Below, piece after piece: positions 17,513-26,955 of a stretch of DNA of 64,000 bases. The DNA lies in NCBI GenBank assembly GCA_963718195.1, contig CAVQYQ010000004.1, forward strand, positions 94,048 through 158,047, in the 5' to 3' direction. The notes beneath the pieces are model-generated. The model worked only from the letters and a program-made list of their open reading frames with translations, was not told where the DNA came from and searched no databases. This DNA is from an uncultured delta proteobacterium (GTDB taxonomy: Bacteria; Desulfobacterota; Desulfobulbia; Desulfobulbales; Desulfocapsaceae). Each line of letters starts with the position of its first letter. Positions within the stretch are counted from its first letter, which is position 1. A program made the translations under genes and the position numbers.

Positions 17513-18628
17513 TCACGTGCGAGGCCCGATCAGCTGATCAATACGCTCACCACCAACCACTTTCTCACTATAGAGCTGGCCGTTGCGGGTCGCAAGAAAT
17601 GCATCCAGCGAAATCTCTTCCTGCCTGAGGAACCCTTTTTCAGGCAGGACTCCACTGTTCACCATCTCGACCACCGCTGAAAGAGAAGCCGCCGTTGTCC
17701 AGGCAATCGTTCTTCTCACGCCACCACCAATTTTCCGTGGAAAGTAAGCCCTGACAAATTCTTCACGGGACAGGTTACGCTTCCTCCAGCCCTCGACCGA
17801 AGCGTGCACATAGACAACATCCTCACTCACAGGCGGCTTGGCATTAACCAGGATTTTGCCGGCCGTCTCCCTGTCCTCCCGCATCAGCAGCTCATGCAGA
17901 AAAAAATTCATCAGTGCCGCGTGCCCCGGATAGCGGATCGATTTATAATCGAGATTCTCCACCAGCCCCTCATAGGTTTCACACATGGTTCCAAGTCCAC
18001 CCGAGGTCGTAAAGGCTTCCAGCTGCAACCCTTCGATAACGATCTGCTCGAGCCATTCAAGCGGAGAAACCCACTTTCGCACTCCGTTTTCAATGACCTC
18101 GCAATCGTTCAGATATTCATTGACCACCCCCTCCGGCGACCAGTTGAAGGCATAGCCAAGCAGTCCTGTCGGGTGTCTGGGCAGTGCGCCAACCCGCAGT
18201 TTAATTGATCTGATCTTGTCAAAAGTGTTGGCCAGTGATGCTCCAACAATACCGATAAAACCAGGTGCAAGTCCGCATTGTGGAGCCATAACCGAAGGCG
18301 CGCTCTTGCTCAATTCTTTAATTTTTATGGTGGTAGTAACATCTTCAGTGAGATCAAAATAGTGAGCACCATTGTCTGCAGCATATCGTGCAATTTCAAG
18401 ATTATAGTTATACGGCAGGCAGGAAATAATGGCATCAAAGCCATCCAGTGCACTGCTGAGTTCAGTGGTTTGTGTAACGTCGATGTTCCTGGTGGCAAAG
18501 GGCAAGTCAGCCACCGGGTTTAAATCACCGCCAGTGACCTTAAATCCTGTTTCATGGAGAAGAAGTCCAACCAGGTGACCAACCTTGCCGAGTCCGAGCA
18601 CGAGTATTGAGTTGATGCGATTTGTCAT
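17513..18628 (-). CDS. Saccharopine-dehydrogenase-family enzyme (L-lysine 6-dehydrogenase-like)
   Basis: N-terminal Rossmann motif ILVLGLGKVGHLVG. Its length (371 aa) and C-terminal domain are typical of the saccharopine/lysine dehydrogenase family. The context is gcdH and ALDH7. Confidence 0.7.
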   Translation of the reverse strand: MTNRINSILVLGLGKVGHLVGLLLHETGFKVTGGDLNPVADLPFATRNIDVTQTTELSSALDGFDAIISCLPYNYNLEIARYAADNGAHYFDLTEDVTTTIKIKELSKSAPSVMAPQCGLAPGFIGIVGASLANTFDKIRSIKLRVGALPRHPTGLLGYAFNWSPEGVVNEYLNDCEVIENGVRKWVSPLEWLEQIVIEGLQLEAFTTSGGLGTMCETYEGLVENLDYKSIRYPGHAALMNFFLHELLMREDRETAGKILVNAKPPVSEDVVYVHASVEGWRKRNLSREEFVRAYFPRKIGGGVRRTIAWTTAASLSAVVEMVNSGVLPEKGFLRQEEISLDAFLATRNGQLYSEKVVGGERIDQLIGPRT

Positions 18629-18686
18629 TGCTTCTCTCCGGGGTTTTCAATAACACGCAGGGCAGAGGTGATGGGAACGTGCCATG

Positions 18687-19865
18687 CTAACGAAATGCCG
18701 CGATTCCAGTTACTTCCTGGCCGACAATAAGGGTATGCATGTCGTGGGTACCCTCATAGGTATAGACCGACTCCAGATTATTGGCATGACGCATTATCGG
18801 ATATTCTCCCATGATCCCGTTGGCGCCGAGCATTGTCCGAGCTGTACGGCAGATTTCAAGGGCTATCGCGACATTATTCATCTTTGCCATTGATACCTGG
18901 GCAGGACTGTATTCTCCCTGATCCTTGAGCCTGCCCAGTTGCAGGGCGAGCAGCTGCCCTTTTGTCAGTTCTGTGACCATCTCGGTCAATTTCTTCTGCT
19001 GGAGCTGGAAAGCGGCAATCGGTTTCTCAAACTGTATTCTTTCTTTTGCATATTCAAGGGCAGTCTGGTAGCAGTTGTCTGCTGCACCGAGCGCTCCCCA
19101 GGCGATTCCATAGCGTGCCTGGGTAAGACACCCGAGTGGCCCTTTAATGCCGATCACCTCCGGCAAAAGACTTTTCTCTTCATTCACCAGCACATTGTCG
19201 AGGATAAGTTCCGAGGTAACCGAGGCGCGCAGACTCTACTTGCCCTTCATCTGTGGTGCTGAAAACCCGGGTGTTCCTTTTTCCACAAGAAATCCGCGTA
19301 TGCCCTCCTCGGTCTGCGCCCAGACAATGGCTACATCAGCCAGCGTTCCGTTGGTTATCCACATTTTTGTACCATTGAGCCGCCAGTTTCCGCCAGGCTC
19401 GCGAACAGCCTTGGTTCGCATTCCGCTTGGATTTGAGCCATGGTCCGGCTCGGTTAATCCAAAACAGCCGATGATCTCTCCGGTTGCCATCCGGGGAAGC
19501 CAATGTTGTTTCTGGGTCTCGCTGCCGTAGGCATAGATCGGATACATCACCAGAGACCCCTGAACAGAAGCCATACTTCGCAGGGCAGAATCACCACGTT
19601 CGAGCTCATACATCAATAAACCATAGGCGACATTGGAAAGCCCAGCACACCCATACGCTTCGGGAAGTGTTGGACCGAAAAAGCCCATCTCGCCCATGAT
19701 TGGAACCAGATGGCTGGGGAATCGCTCATCTTGAGCATATTCGTCAATAATTGGCAGGACCTGTTCATTGACAAATTTCCGGGCGGTGTCCCGGACCAGC
19801 CGCTCCTCGTCATCCAGGAGTGGTATAAAGTTCATATAATCGGTCAGTTCCGTGATGGTTTGCAT
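18687..19865 (-). pseudogene. gcdH: Glutaryl-CoA dehydrogenase interrupted by one in-frame TAG (19236..19238); the gene is otherwise intact
   Basis: The track ORFs 19236..19865 and 18687..19193 are in the same frame (start offset 672 nt). The translation across the stop, ...FSAPQMKGK*SLRASVTSELILDNVLVNEEKSLLPEVIGIKGPLGCLTQARYGIAWG..., stays collinear with glutaryl-CoA dehydrogenases (GKFSLRAS...GPFGCLNNARYGIAWG). The C-terminal motif YTYEGTHDMH is present. Confidence 0.85.
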
Positions 19866-19908
19866 ACATTCACTCCTTTAAGTGATAACGTCCCGGGCAT
19901 ATTTCGGT

Positions 19909-21441
19909 TTACAGCTCAAACCTGATTCCCTGGGCAAGAGGCATTGCGGTACCATAATTAATCGTATTTGTCTGTCGCCGCATATAGCCTTTCCAGGCAT
20001 CTGAACCTGACTCTCTGCCGCCGCCGGTTTCTTTCTCGCCACCGAAAGCCCCGCCGATCTCTGCACCCGAAGTGCCGATATTGACATTGGCTATGCCGCA
20101 ATCAGATCCAGCGGCCGAGATAAAGCGTTCCGCTTCTCTGAGATTCTCTGTGAAGACAGAGGAAGACAAGCCCTGTGCAACATCGTTCTGGAGAGAGATT
20201 GCATTGTCGATCCCACCCGAATATTTAATCAGGTAAAGAATGGGGGCAAAGGTCTCCTGCTGAACGATCGGGAAATTGTTTTCGGCTTCAGCGATTACCG
20301 GTTCGACGTAACAGCCAGACTCAAAACCTTCTCCTGCAAAGACTTTTCCACCACAGATGATGGTGCCGCCCTGATCCGTTAACTCCTCCAATGCCGTTTG
20401 ATATCCTGCCACCGCCTGTGAATCGATCAGCGGACCCATGTGATTTTTCTCATCGAGCGGTGAGCCGATTTTGATCGACCCGTATGCCCTGACCAGTGTT
20501 TGCTTAATCCTGTCATAAATTGACTCATGGACAATCAGGCGTCGTGTCGTTGTGCACCGCTGACCGGCCGTACCAACTGCCGAAAAGACAATGGCCGGTA
20601 CTGCCAGTTCAAGATCTGCATGCGGGCTCAGAACAATCGCATTATTACCGCCAAGCTCCAGAATGCATTTGCCAAATCTCGAGGCAACCACGCCTGCCCC
20701 ATGTCGCCCGATCCTGGTGGACCCGGTGATTGACACCAGGGAAATGTCCGGATCCCGGAGGAGGTGTTCACCAATTGTTGCACCGGACCCGATAACAAGG
20801 TTGAAAAGACCTTCGGGAAGATTGTTTTTCCTGATTACTCCTGCAAGGATATGCTGAATGGCGATTGCCGTCAGCGGTGTCTTTGACGACGGTTTCCACA
20901 GGCAGGTGTCTCCGCAGACTGCGGCCAGCATAGCGTTCCATGACCAGACCGCTACAGGGAAATTAAACGCACTGATAATTCCCACCACCCCGAGCGGGTG
21001 ATACTGGTCATAAAGGCGATGATCCTCACGCTCTGAGGCCATGGTAGCCCCATAGAGCTGCCGTGACTGTCCCACGGCAAAATCACAGATATCTATCATC
21101 TCCTGGACTTCTCCCAGCCCTTCCTGGAGCGATTTGCCCACCTCCCAGGTTACCAGCGTACCGAGTTCGTCCTTTTTGGCACGCAGGGCGTCTCCTATCT
21201 GGCGTACCACCGCTCCCCGCTGAGGAGGCGGCACCATGCGCCACTGGATAAAGGCTTTCCTCGCAGCTGCGACACAGTTTCGATAATCATCCTCCGAAGC
21301 ACGCCTTACTTTTGCCAGTAACCTGCCGTCAACCGGAGAAAAGACATCGAGCTCGCCCGCCTGGTTACTGCAATCCCAATTGAGACCAGTCGATGCCCCT
21401 GAATTGATCTCTTCAACTCCCAGAGCACGTAAAATTTCCAT
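19909..21441 (-). CDS. ALDH7-type aldehyde dehydrogenase (alpha-aminoadipic semialdehyde / piperideine-6-carboxylate dehydrogenase-like)
   Basis: 510 aa with the antiquitin-like segment EGLGEVQEMIDICDFAVGQSRQLYG, plus ELGGNNA and the catalytic Cys region GTAGQRCTT. Confidence 0.85.
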   Translation of the reverse strand: MEILRALGVEEINSGASTGLNWDCSNQAGELDVFSPVDGRLLAKVRRASEDDYRNCVAAARKAFIQWRMVPPPQRGAVVRQIGDALRAKKDELGTLVTWEVGKSLQEGLGEVQEMIDICDFAVGQSRQLYGATMASEREDHRLYDQYHPLGVVGIISAFNFPVAVWSWNAMLAAVCGDTCLWKPSSKTPLTAIAIQHILAGVIRKNNLPEGLFNLVIGSGATIGEHLLRDPDISLVSITGSTRIGRHGAGVVASRFGKCILELGGNNAIVLSPHADLELAVPAIVFSAVGTAGQRCTTTRRLIVHESIYDRIKQTLVRAYGSIKIGSPLDEKNHMGPLIDSQAVAGYQTALEELTDQGGTIICGGKVFAGEGFESGCYVEPVIAEAENNFPIVQQETFAPILYLIKYSGGIDNAISLQNDVAQGLSSSVFTENLREAERFISAAGSDCGIANVNIGTSGAEIGGAFGGEKETGGGRESGSDAWKGYMRRQTNTINYGTAMPLAQGIRFEL

Positions 21442-21456
21442 GGCAACTCCCTTTTG

Positions 21457-22770
21457 TTAAATCAACCTGCTTGCAAAAACGTTAGTGATTATTTTCATTG
21501 CGGCCAGGTAGGTTTTACTTTTTTCAAATCTCGATTGGAGCGCCTGCTGCAGCATCTCAAAATCGAGTACCTCTGTGTTTTTTGCCAGGATAGCGACAGC
21601 AGCCAGAGCCCAGTCCTGTTTATTGATTTTCATAGCACCAAAATCAACGTCAAGAACTCTGGCCCGAGTCTCAGGGAGTTCGACGCCTTTTGCCCGGATA
21701 ATCTGGCAATCGGACTGCAATCCGGCAATAACCGCTTTCCGCCTCTGAACTCCCTCATGACTCAGGGCCAATACAACATCTGGAGATTCCAGACCCGAAT
21801 AACCTATCTTTTCTGGATCAATGAGAATTTCACTCACCGACGGTCCCCGAAGAACGGTAATGTCATAATCACTCTTCATCGATACATTCATGCCTGCAGC
21901 CAGTCCTGCACAACAGACGATATCTCCTGCAGTGACAATCCTCATCCCCGCACTGCCAAGAATAGCCACCTCATGACGCTGATAATCGAGCCTGTCAACG
22001 CTCTTTTCGACAGTGACCGGAGCGGGAAAGTCCTGGATCTTTGTCGCCAGTTCACGGTAACGTGAGCCATACTCGGGTCTCTGGTTCCTGGTAACGACAC
22101 CGTTGGTTGGTGCCATCTCCGCAGTCATCTGATCGAGTATTGCAGGTGTTAAGCGGTTCTGTTTCGTATAGCGCCCGGTGCATAGGCCAAGGGTCTCGAC
22201 AACTGCAAAACCTTTGTGGCTTATGGCCCGGACGATATAATCTGAAAGCTCCCGGTCCAGGGCAGAACATCTCGCCACAAAGGTTGCCCCACTGCTCTCA
22301 GCGATTGCACAGATATCAATGGGACTCTCCACCTGATTGAGAAACGCTGAGCTCACCACCGCCTCTGTGGGGGTTGTAGGAGAAAACTGCCCTCCTGTCA
22401 TACCAAAATTGAAATTGTTCAAGACAAGCAGGGTGATATCCAGATTTCGCCTGCATGCAGAGAGAACATGCGCCCCGCCGATACCCAACCCACCATCTCC
22501 CATTGTCACGATAACAGTGAGTTCCGGATCAGCCAGTTTCAGTCCGGTTGCATAGGTGAGGGCGCGACCGTGAACACCATGGAGGGCGTGAACATTGAAA
22601 AAGGTATCAAAGAGCCCGGAGCAACCGATATCAGTGACGATAACCACCTTGTCCGCCTGCAGTTTCAGGCTGACCATGGCCTGGTCAAGCCTGGTGGCAA
22701 TCGTTTCGTGAGTGCAGCCTGGACAATAAACCGGGGGACGACCTTTGTTCAGAAAACTACCCATTACCAA
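21457..22770 (-). CDS. 2-oxoacid:ferredoxin oxidoreductase beta subunit (TPP-binding) fused to a gamma domain
   Basis: The N-terminus has YCPGCTHE and GDGG...GGAH TPP motifs (KorB-like). The C-terminal 180 aa or so resemble the gamma (catalytic-domain) subunit. Confidence 0.8.
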   Translation of the reverse strand: MVMGSFLNKGRPPVYCPGCTHETIATRLDQAMVSLKLQADKVVIVTDIGCSGLFDTFFNVHALHGVHGRALTYATGLKLADPELTVIVTMGDGGLGIGGAHVLSACRRNLDITLLVLNNFNFGMTGGQFSPTTPTEAVVSSAFLNQVESPIDICAIAESSGATFVARCSALDRELSDYIVRAISHKGFAVVETLGLCTGRYTKQNRLTPAILDQMTAEMAPTNGVVTRNQRPEYGSRYRELATKIQDFPAPVTVEKSVDRLDYQRHEVAILGSAGMRIVTAGDIVCCAGLAAGMNVSMKSDYDITVLRGPSVSEILIDPEKIGYSGLESPDVVLALSHEGVQRRKAVIAGLQSDCQIIRAKGVELPETRARVLDVDFGAMKINKQDWALAAVAILAKNTEVLDFEMLQQALQSRFEKSKTYLAAMKIITNVFASRLI

Positions 22771-23872
22771 TCACCTCCGTAACCTTCCGAGGAGATATCA
22801 GCACACCATCCATCTGGCCAAAAAACTCCACCTCTTTGTCACACAATACCCGCCTGATTTCCCGGACATATTGGCCCAGGTTCATTTCAAAGACGATAAC
22901 TCGACGAAATTGCCCACCCTTTTCCTTGAGCAGCTGCTCAGGTACAGGCCAGAGCGTCTTCAGGGTGAGGGTTGAAACAGCGACACCACTCTGGGCAAGC
23001 ACCTTCACTGCCTCCGCTACAGCACAGGAAGTGATACCATAACTTATGATCAGGATCTCTGAATGTTCCTTTATGTCTGCCTCAAAAAGTGTGATTCTCG
23101 GGCCGGCACTGTCAATTTTATCCCGCAGTCGTTCATTGTTCTGGGCAATCACCACAGGGTCAGTCGTTATATAACCATCCGGGCCATGAGTCGAGGAGGT
23201 GATTCTCACCAGCGTCTTACCGCCAACAGGAAGAAATGGCGGAGAACTGCCTGGTGCAGCAGCAAATGGCAGGTACGTTTTCCCGGTGAAGCGTTTTCTC
23301 TCGATAACCGGCGGCAGATCGATATTCTCAAGATCGACACTCTGCTTTGTCAGGCCGATCTCCTTGTTGGACGCAATGAAGACGGGACACCTGAATTCTT
23401 CAGCATAGTTGAAGGCGTGGGCCGCCAGGACATAGCAGTCTGTAACATCTGTTGGGGCAAGGACAATGACCGGTACTCCCCCGGTACTGCCCCATCTCAG
23501 GAACTGGATATCACTGTCCGCTCCTCTGGTTGCCGAACCGGTTGAAGGGCCGAGTCTTTGTACGTCTACTATAACCAGCGGAGTTTCACTGCCGAGGGCA
23601 AAAGAGATATGCTCGCTGTAGAGGCTGATACCAGGGCCCGAGGTCGCGGTGAGCGCTTTTCTACCGGCAATGGAAGCGCCAATGCAATAGCCCATGGAAG
23701 CGATTTCATCTTCCCCCTGCAGACAGATGCCGCCCCGTGGCGGCAGCATTCTCAACATATTGTTGAAGATCGTCGTTGCCGGAGTGATAGGATAGCCTGC
23801 GAAGAAGTTGCAGCCGGCAGCGATTGCACCTCTTGCCAGCGCCTCGTTACCTTCCATAAATGACAGGGCCAT
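22757..23872 (-). CDS. 2-oxoacid:ferredoxin oxidoreductase alpha subunit
   Basis: KorA/PorA-like N-terminus MEGNEALARGAIAAGCNFFAGYPITPAT. It overlaps the beta gene by 14 nt. Confidence 0.85.
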   Translation of the reverse strand: MALSFMEGNEALARGAIAAGCNFFAGYPITPATTIFNNMLRMLPPRGGICLQGEDEIASMGYCIGASIAGRKALTATSGPGISLYSEHISFALGSETPLVIVDVQRLGPSTGSATRGADSDIQFLRWGSTGGVPVIVLAPTDVTDCYVLAAHAFNYAEEFRCPVFIASNKEIGLTKQSVDLENIDLPPVIERKRFTGKTYLPFAAAPGSSPPFLPVGGKTLVRITSSTHGPDGYITTDPVVIAQNNERLRDKIDSAGPRITLFEADIKEHSEILIISYGITSCAVAEAVKVLAQSGVAVSTLTLKTLWPVPEQLLKEKGGQFRRVIVFEMNLGQYVREIRRVLCDKEVEFFGQMDGVLISPRKVTEVIGNG

Positions 23873-23902
23873 TTGATCGCCTCGACTTAAGGAACAGTAT
23901 CT

Positions 23903-23926
23903 ATCTGATCAGATATTTAATCAGAT
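23903..23926. promoter_or_regulatory. Candidate GntR operator: perfect 12-bp palindrome ATCTGATCAGAT plus half-site AATCAGAT
   Basis: Read directly in the 205-bp divergent region between the oxidoreductase operon and the GntR gene. Related TCTGATC / TGATCT motifs occur again at 24048..24065. Confidence 0.3.
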
Positions 23927-24077
23927 TTCTAATTATATTTTATAACAAATACATCATACCCTGTACCTATGTCAAGTAATATCAAATATATACAGCGTCA
24001 TACTGGTGCCAGCAATGATGTTTTAACTATCTATTTATACTTGATTATTCTGATCCTTTGATCTACTAGTACTATTC

Positions 24078-24776
24078 ATGAACCAAAAAAACAAAGAGAA
24101 GAAACTGAGTCCTGGAGAGAGTGCCCAGAAGGCATATATGGGTATCAGGCGCATGTTTTTCGTCAACGATATCAATCCGGGACAAAAGATATCCTATGGT
24201 GATCTCGCAAAACGTCTGGGAATGAGCACAACTCCCGTCATTCAGGCCCTGAAGAGACTTGAGGACCAGGGGCTGGTCCGGCATGAACCCAATCGCGGCT
24301 ATTTCACCGAGGAAATCAGCCTGAAAGAAATTATCGAAATCTATGATTTCAGAGAAATCATCGAAGTATCGCTCTTGCCGGAAACAATGGCCAGGATGAA
24401 CAAGACACGCCTCAACGCTTTGAAAAAAAGTCTGGACAATCACCTGAAAGCTGTGCGGGACATCTACCTCAAGGAGCGTTTGTTAAAAGATATGGCGTTT
24501 CACCTGAAACTGGCAACTCTGTCCGGCTGCACCATACAGGTAAATGCTTTGAAATCGCTCTTTGACCTCCTCTATCTCAAGTACCGGGGCCATGTCTTGT
24601 TCCTGACCCCTATGGATACCGTGGACTCGGAGCACAGGCAACTCTATGAACATATCGCGGTCTCGGACCTTGAAGGTGCGACCGCGATCCTGCAAAAGCA
24701 TATTGCCAACGTCAAGGGGCATGCCATTGCCAGTATCAAGAGATTCAACAAGGAGAAATCACTGAAAATCATTTGA
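24078..24776 (+). CDS. GntR-family (FadR/FCD-type) transcriptional regulator
   Basis: N-terminal winged HTH (ISYGDLAKRLGMSTTPVIQALKRLEDQGLV) and a helical C-terminal FCD-like domain. Confidence 0.85.
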   Translation: MNQKNKEKKLSPGESAQKAYMGIRRMFFVNDINPGQKISYGDLAKRLGMSTTPVIQALKRLEDQGLVRHEPNRGYFTEEISLKEIIEIYDFREIIEVSLLPETMARMNKTRLNALKKSLDNHLKAVRDIYLKERLLKDMAFHLKLATLSGCTIQVNALKSLFDLLYLKYRGHVLFLTPMDTVDSEHRQLYEHIAVSDLEGATAILQKHIANVKGHAIASIKRFNKEKSLKII

Positions 24777-24806
24777 GTGGCTATCCTGGCTCTCTCAACA
24801 TTTTTT

Positions 24807-26651
24807 TCAGGGTCTGACCACCTCTACCTCTACCCGTCTGTTCAGACGTCTGCCTTCTCGTGTTGCGTTGTCGGCAATAGGATTTTGGCTTCCATAGCCG
24901 TTTACAGTCATCCGGCCTGGATCGATTCCCAGCCCCAGGAGATAACTCTTGACCATGGTGGCTCGGACGAGCGATAGTCTATTATTGTATTCATCTGGTC
25001 CAGCAGAGTCGGTATAACCGATAATATCGAGCGAAACGCTTGGCTGGTTTTTGATACTGAGCCCCAGCTTAATGAGCTGATCGAGGTTGGACGTTGAAAA
25101 ATCATTTGAATTATTTTCAAATCGGATGACAACGTTTTCCTCCTCTTCTCCCGGGGGCGATTCAACCACCAGTATTTCAGACAACTCCACAGATTGTGTT
25201 TCCTGGCTCGCGGCAGGGCTCTGCGATCCTGTAGCTGGAGATACTGTTTCTGGCTGTTCACTAGGAGCAGATGCTGTGTATGTCGTGTCCTGTTCCTCTT
25301 GAGTCTCCTCTGCTTGCCTAACTGAAGGCTCCTCTTTGTTTTCCTGAATGTCTGTTTCAGGGGCTGTTGAGAGTGTATTGAGCTCCGACTCCACATCATC
25401 GCCTGCTGTTGTCACCCCTATTGACTGGGCTGCAACTTCCAGTTCAGCATTGTCTGACTCATTAGTATCTGCAGCTATCGGCGCAGGTTGAGCCTCCACA
25501 CCTGTCGTTTCCGTATTTTCTAATGCAATTTCAGAATAACGTTTCTCCACAGCACCATCAACAACCACTGGCTCGGCTTGTTTTGACAGTTCGCCGCCCT
25601 CTTCCGGTCGCTGCTCCACCGGACTCACATCAGATTTACTGAAAAGATGTTCCACACCGCGCTGATATGATGAGACGATTTTCCCCGAAAGATCAGGGTT
25701 CACCAGGGTCACAGCAATAACCGACAGCAGCATTACTGATAGCAAAGAAAGAGCGAGAGCCGGCCCGCTCAGACGGAACTGTCTGCCCTTAGAATCGTTT
25801 TCCTGATTCAGCGTGCCCTTTCTTCCCGATTGAGATGATTGATTGTACTGTGGTATCGCTATATCTTTGACGCATTCTTTGACGATCTTTTCATCAATCT
25901 TCTCTTTTTCACCAATATAGCCGGTGAGCAGGCAGTGGTCGCATATCACATTAATTCGTCGTGGAATCCCCCCGGAATAAACAGCAATAGCCTTTATCGC
26001 CGACGGGCTGAAAAGTGACCGAGATGCTCCGGCGACTTTGAGACGATGCCTGACGTAGAGTTTCGTCTCCTCCAGCGAGAGCGGACTGATCTGGTAGTTG
26101 AGCGTGATACGCTGAGTTACCGCTCGGTTTTCAGGTCTATGAAGTATTTCATTAAACTCGTTCTGCCCGACAAAGAATATATTGAGCAGATGATTACCAT
26201 CGCGATGAATGTTCGATAATAACCGTATTTCCTCGAGCAGATCCTGGGTCAGGAGTTGGGCCTCATCAACAATGAGAAGAGCCTTCTTATCCTGCTTATA
26301 AACGGTTTCCAGGAACCACCCGAAATGGAGGAGAAATGATCCTTTTGAGGTAAATTCACCATCGATGTGAAAGGCCTGGGCAATGTAATTGAGGAAATCG
26401 ATCAGCTCCAGCCTTGGATCAGGAACAGAGGCATAGTAGACATCATTGCCCAGGCTCTCAAGCAGGGTGTTAATCAACGTGGTTTTACCGGTACCGACAT
26501 CCCCTGTCAGCAACATCAGGCCCTTGTTATCGATAACACTGTATCTCAGGGTTGCCAGCGCTTCCTTATGCTTTTCCCCAAGCCATATAAAGGAAGGGTC
26601 GGAAGATATCTGAAACGGTTTTGTATCCAGTTTATAAAAATCGGTATACAT
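24807..26651 (-). CDS. ExeA-like AAA ATPase fused through a TM segment and an acidic linker to an OmpA-like peptidoglycan-binding domain
   Basis: ExeA/MshM-type N-terminus (FYKLDTKPFQISSDPSFIWLGEKHKEAL...LLTGDVGTGKTTL). TM segment LALSLLSVMLLSVIAVTLV. An E/T/S/Q-rich low-complexity region of about 170 aa. OmpA C-terminal motif GYTDSAGPDEYNNRLSLVRA...NRRVEVEV. Confidence 0.8.
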   Translation of the reverse strand: MYTDFYKLDTKPFQISSDPSFIWLGEKHKEALATLRYSVIDNKGLMLLTGDVGTGKTTLINTLLESLGNDVYYASVPDPRLELIDFLNYIAQAFHIDGEFTSKGSFLLHFGWFLETVYKQDKKALLIVDEAQLLTQDLLEEIRLLSNIHRDGNHLLNIFFVGQNEFNEILHRPENRAVTQRITLNYQISPLSLEETKLYVRHRLKVAGASRSLFSPSAIKAIAVYSGGIPRRINVICDHCLLTGYIGEKEKIDEKIVKECVKDIAIPQYNQSSQSGRKGTLNQENDSKGRQFRLSGPALALSLLSVMLLSVIAVTLVNPDLSGKIVSSYQRGVEHLFSKSDVSPVEQRPEEGGELSKQAEPVVVDGAVEKRYSEIALENTETTGVEAQPAPIAADTNESDNAELEVAAQSIGVTTAGDDVESELNTLSTAPETDIQENKEEPSVRQAEETQEEQDTTYTASAPSEQPETVSPATGSQSPAASQETQSVELSEILVVESPPGEEEENVVIRFENNSNDFSTSNLDQLIKLGLSIKNQPSVSLDIIGYTDSAGPDEYNNRLSLVRATMVKSYLLGLGIDPGRMTVNGYGSQNPIADNATREGRRLNRRVEVEVVRP

Positions 26652-26955
26652 TTATCGTGGTATTCGGGTGCTTAAATTAATGTTGAACGTCGGTCCTAAA
26701 ACAGATTACCCCTTAAAACCGTTTTCCTCATGTGAGCCGTCACAGACAGACTTCTTTTTTACCTCCCCAGCGGCGAAGTGTGAAGTGATCAGCCGGAGGC
26801 AGCAATCTGTCTGAATCCTGATCGTCTATCAGCACAATGGTACCCTGACAATTAAGAGGCCCGTCTTTGTCAATAACTATCTATGTAACTTCGTAGTAAT
26901 CACTATATGCTGTATCATCAACTATATAACGTAATGGTCCCGAAGGACAATTTTT

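Noticed and set aside
19236-19238. The TAG in gcdH as a pyrrolysine or programmed read-through codon
   Set aside because: No pyl genes or PYLIS-like context are visible in the window. The aligned position in homologues is, as far as I recall, an ordinary hydrophobic residue. A single-base change from TGG, TTG or TAY explains it, so a mutation or base-call error is more parsimonious.
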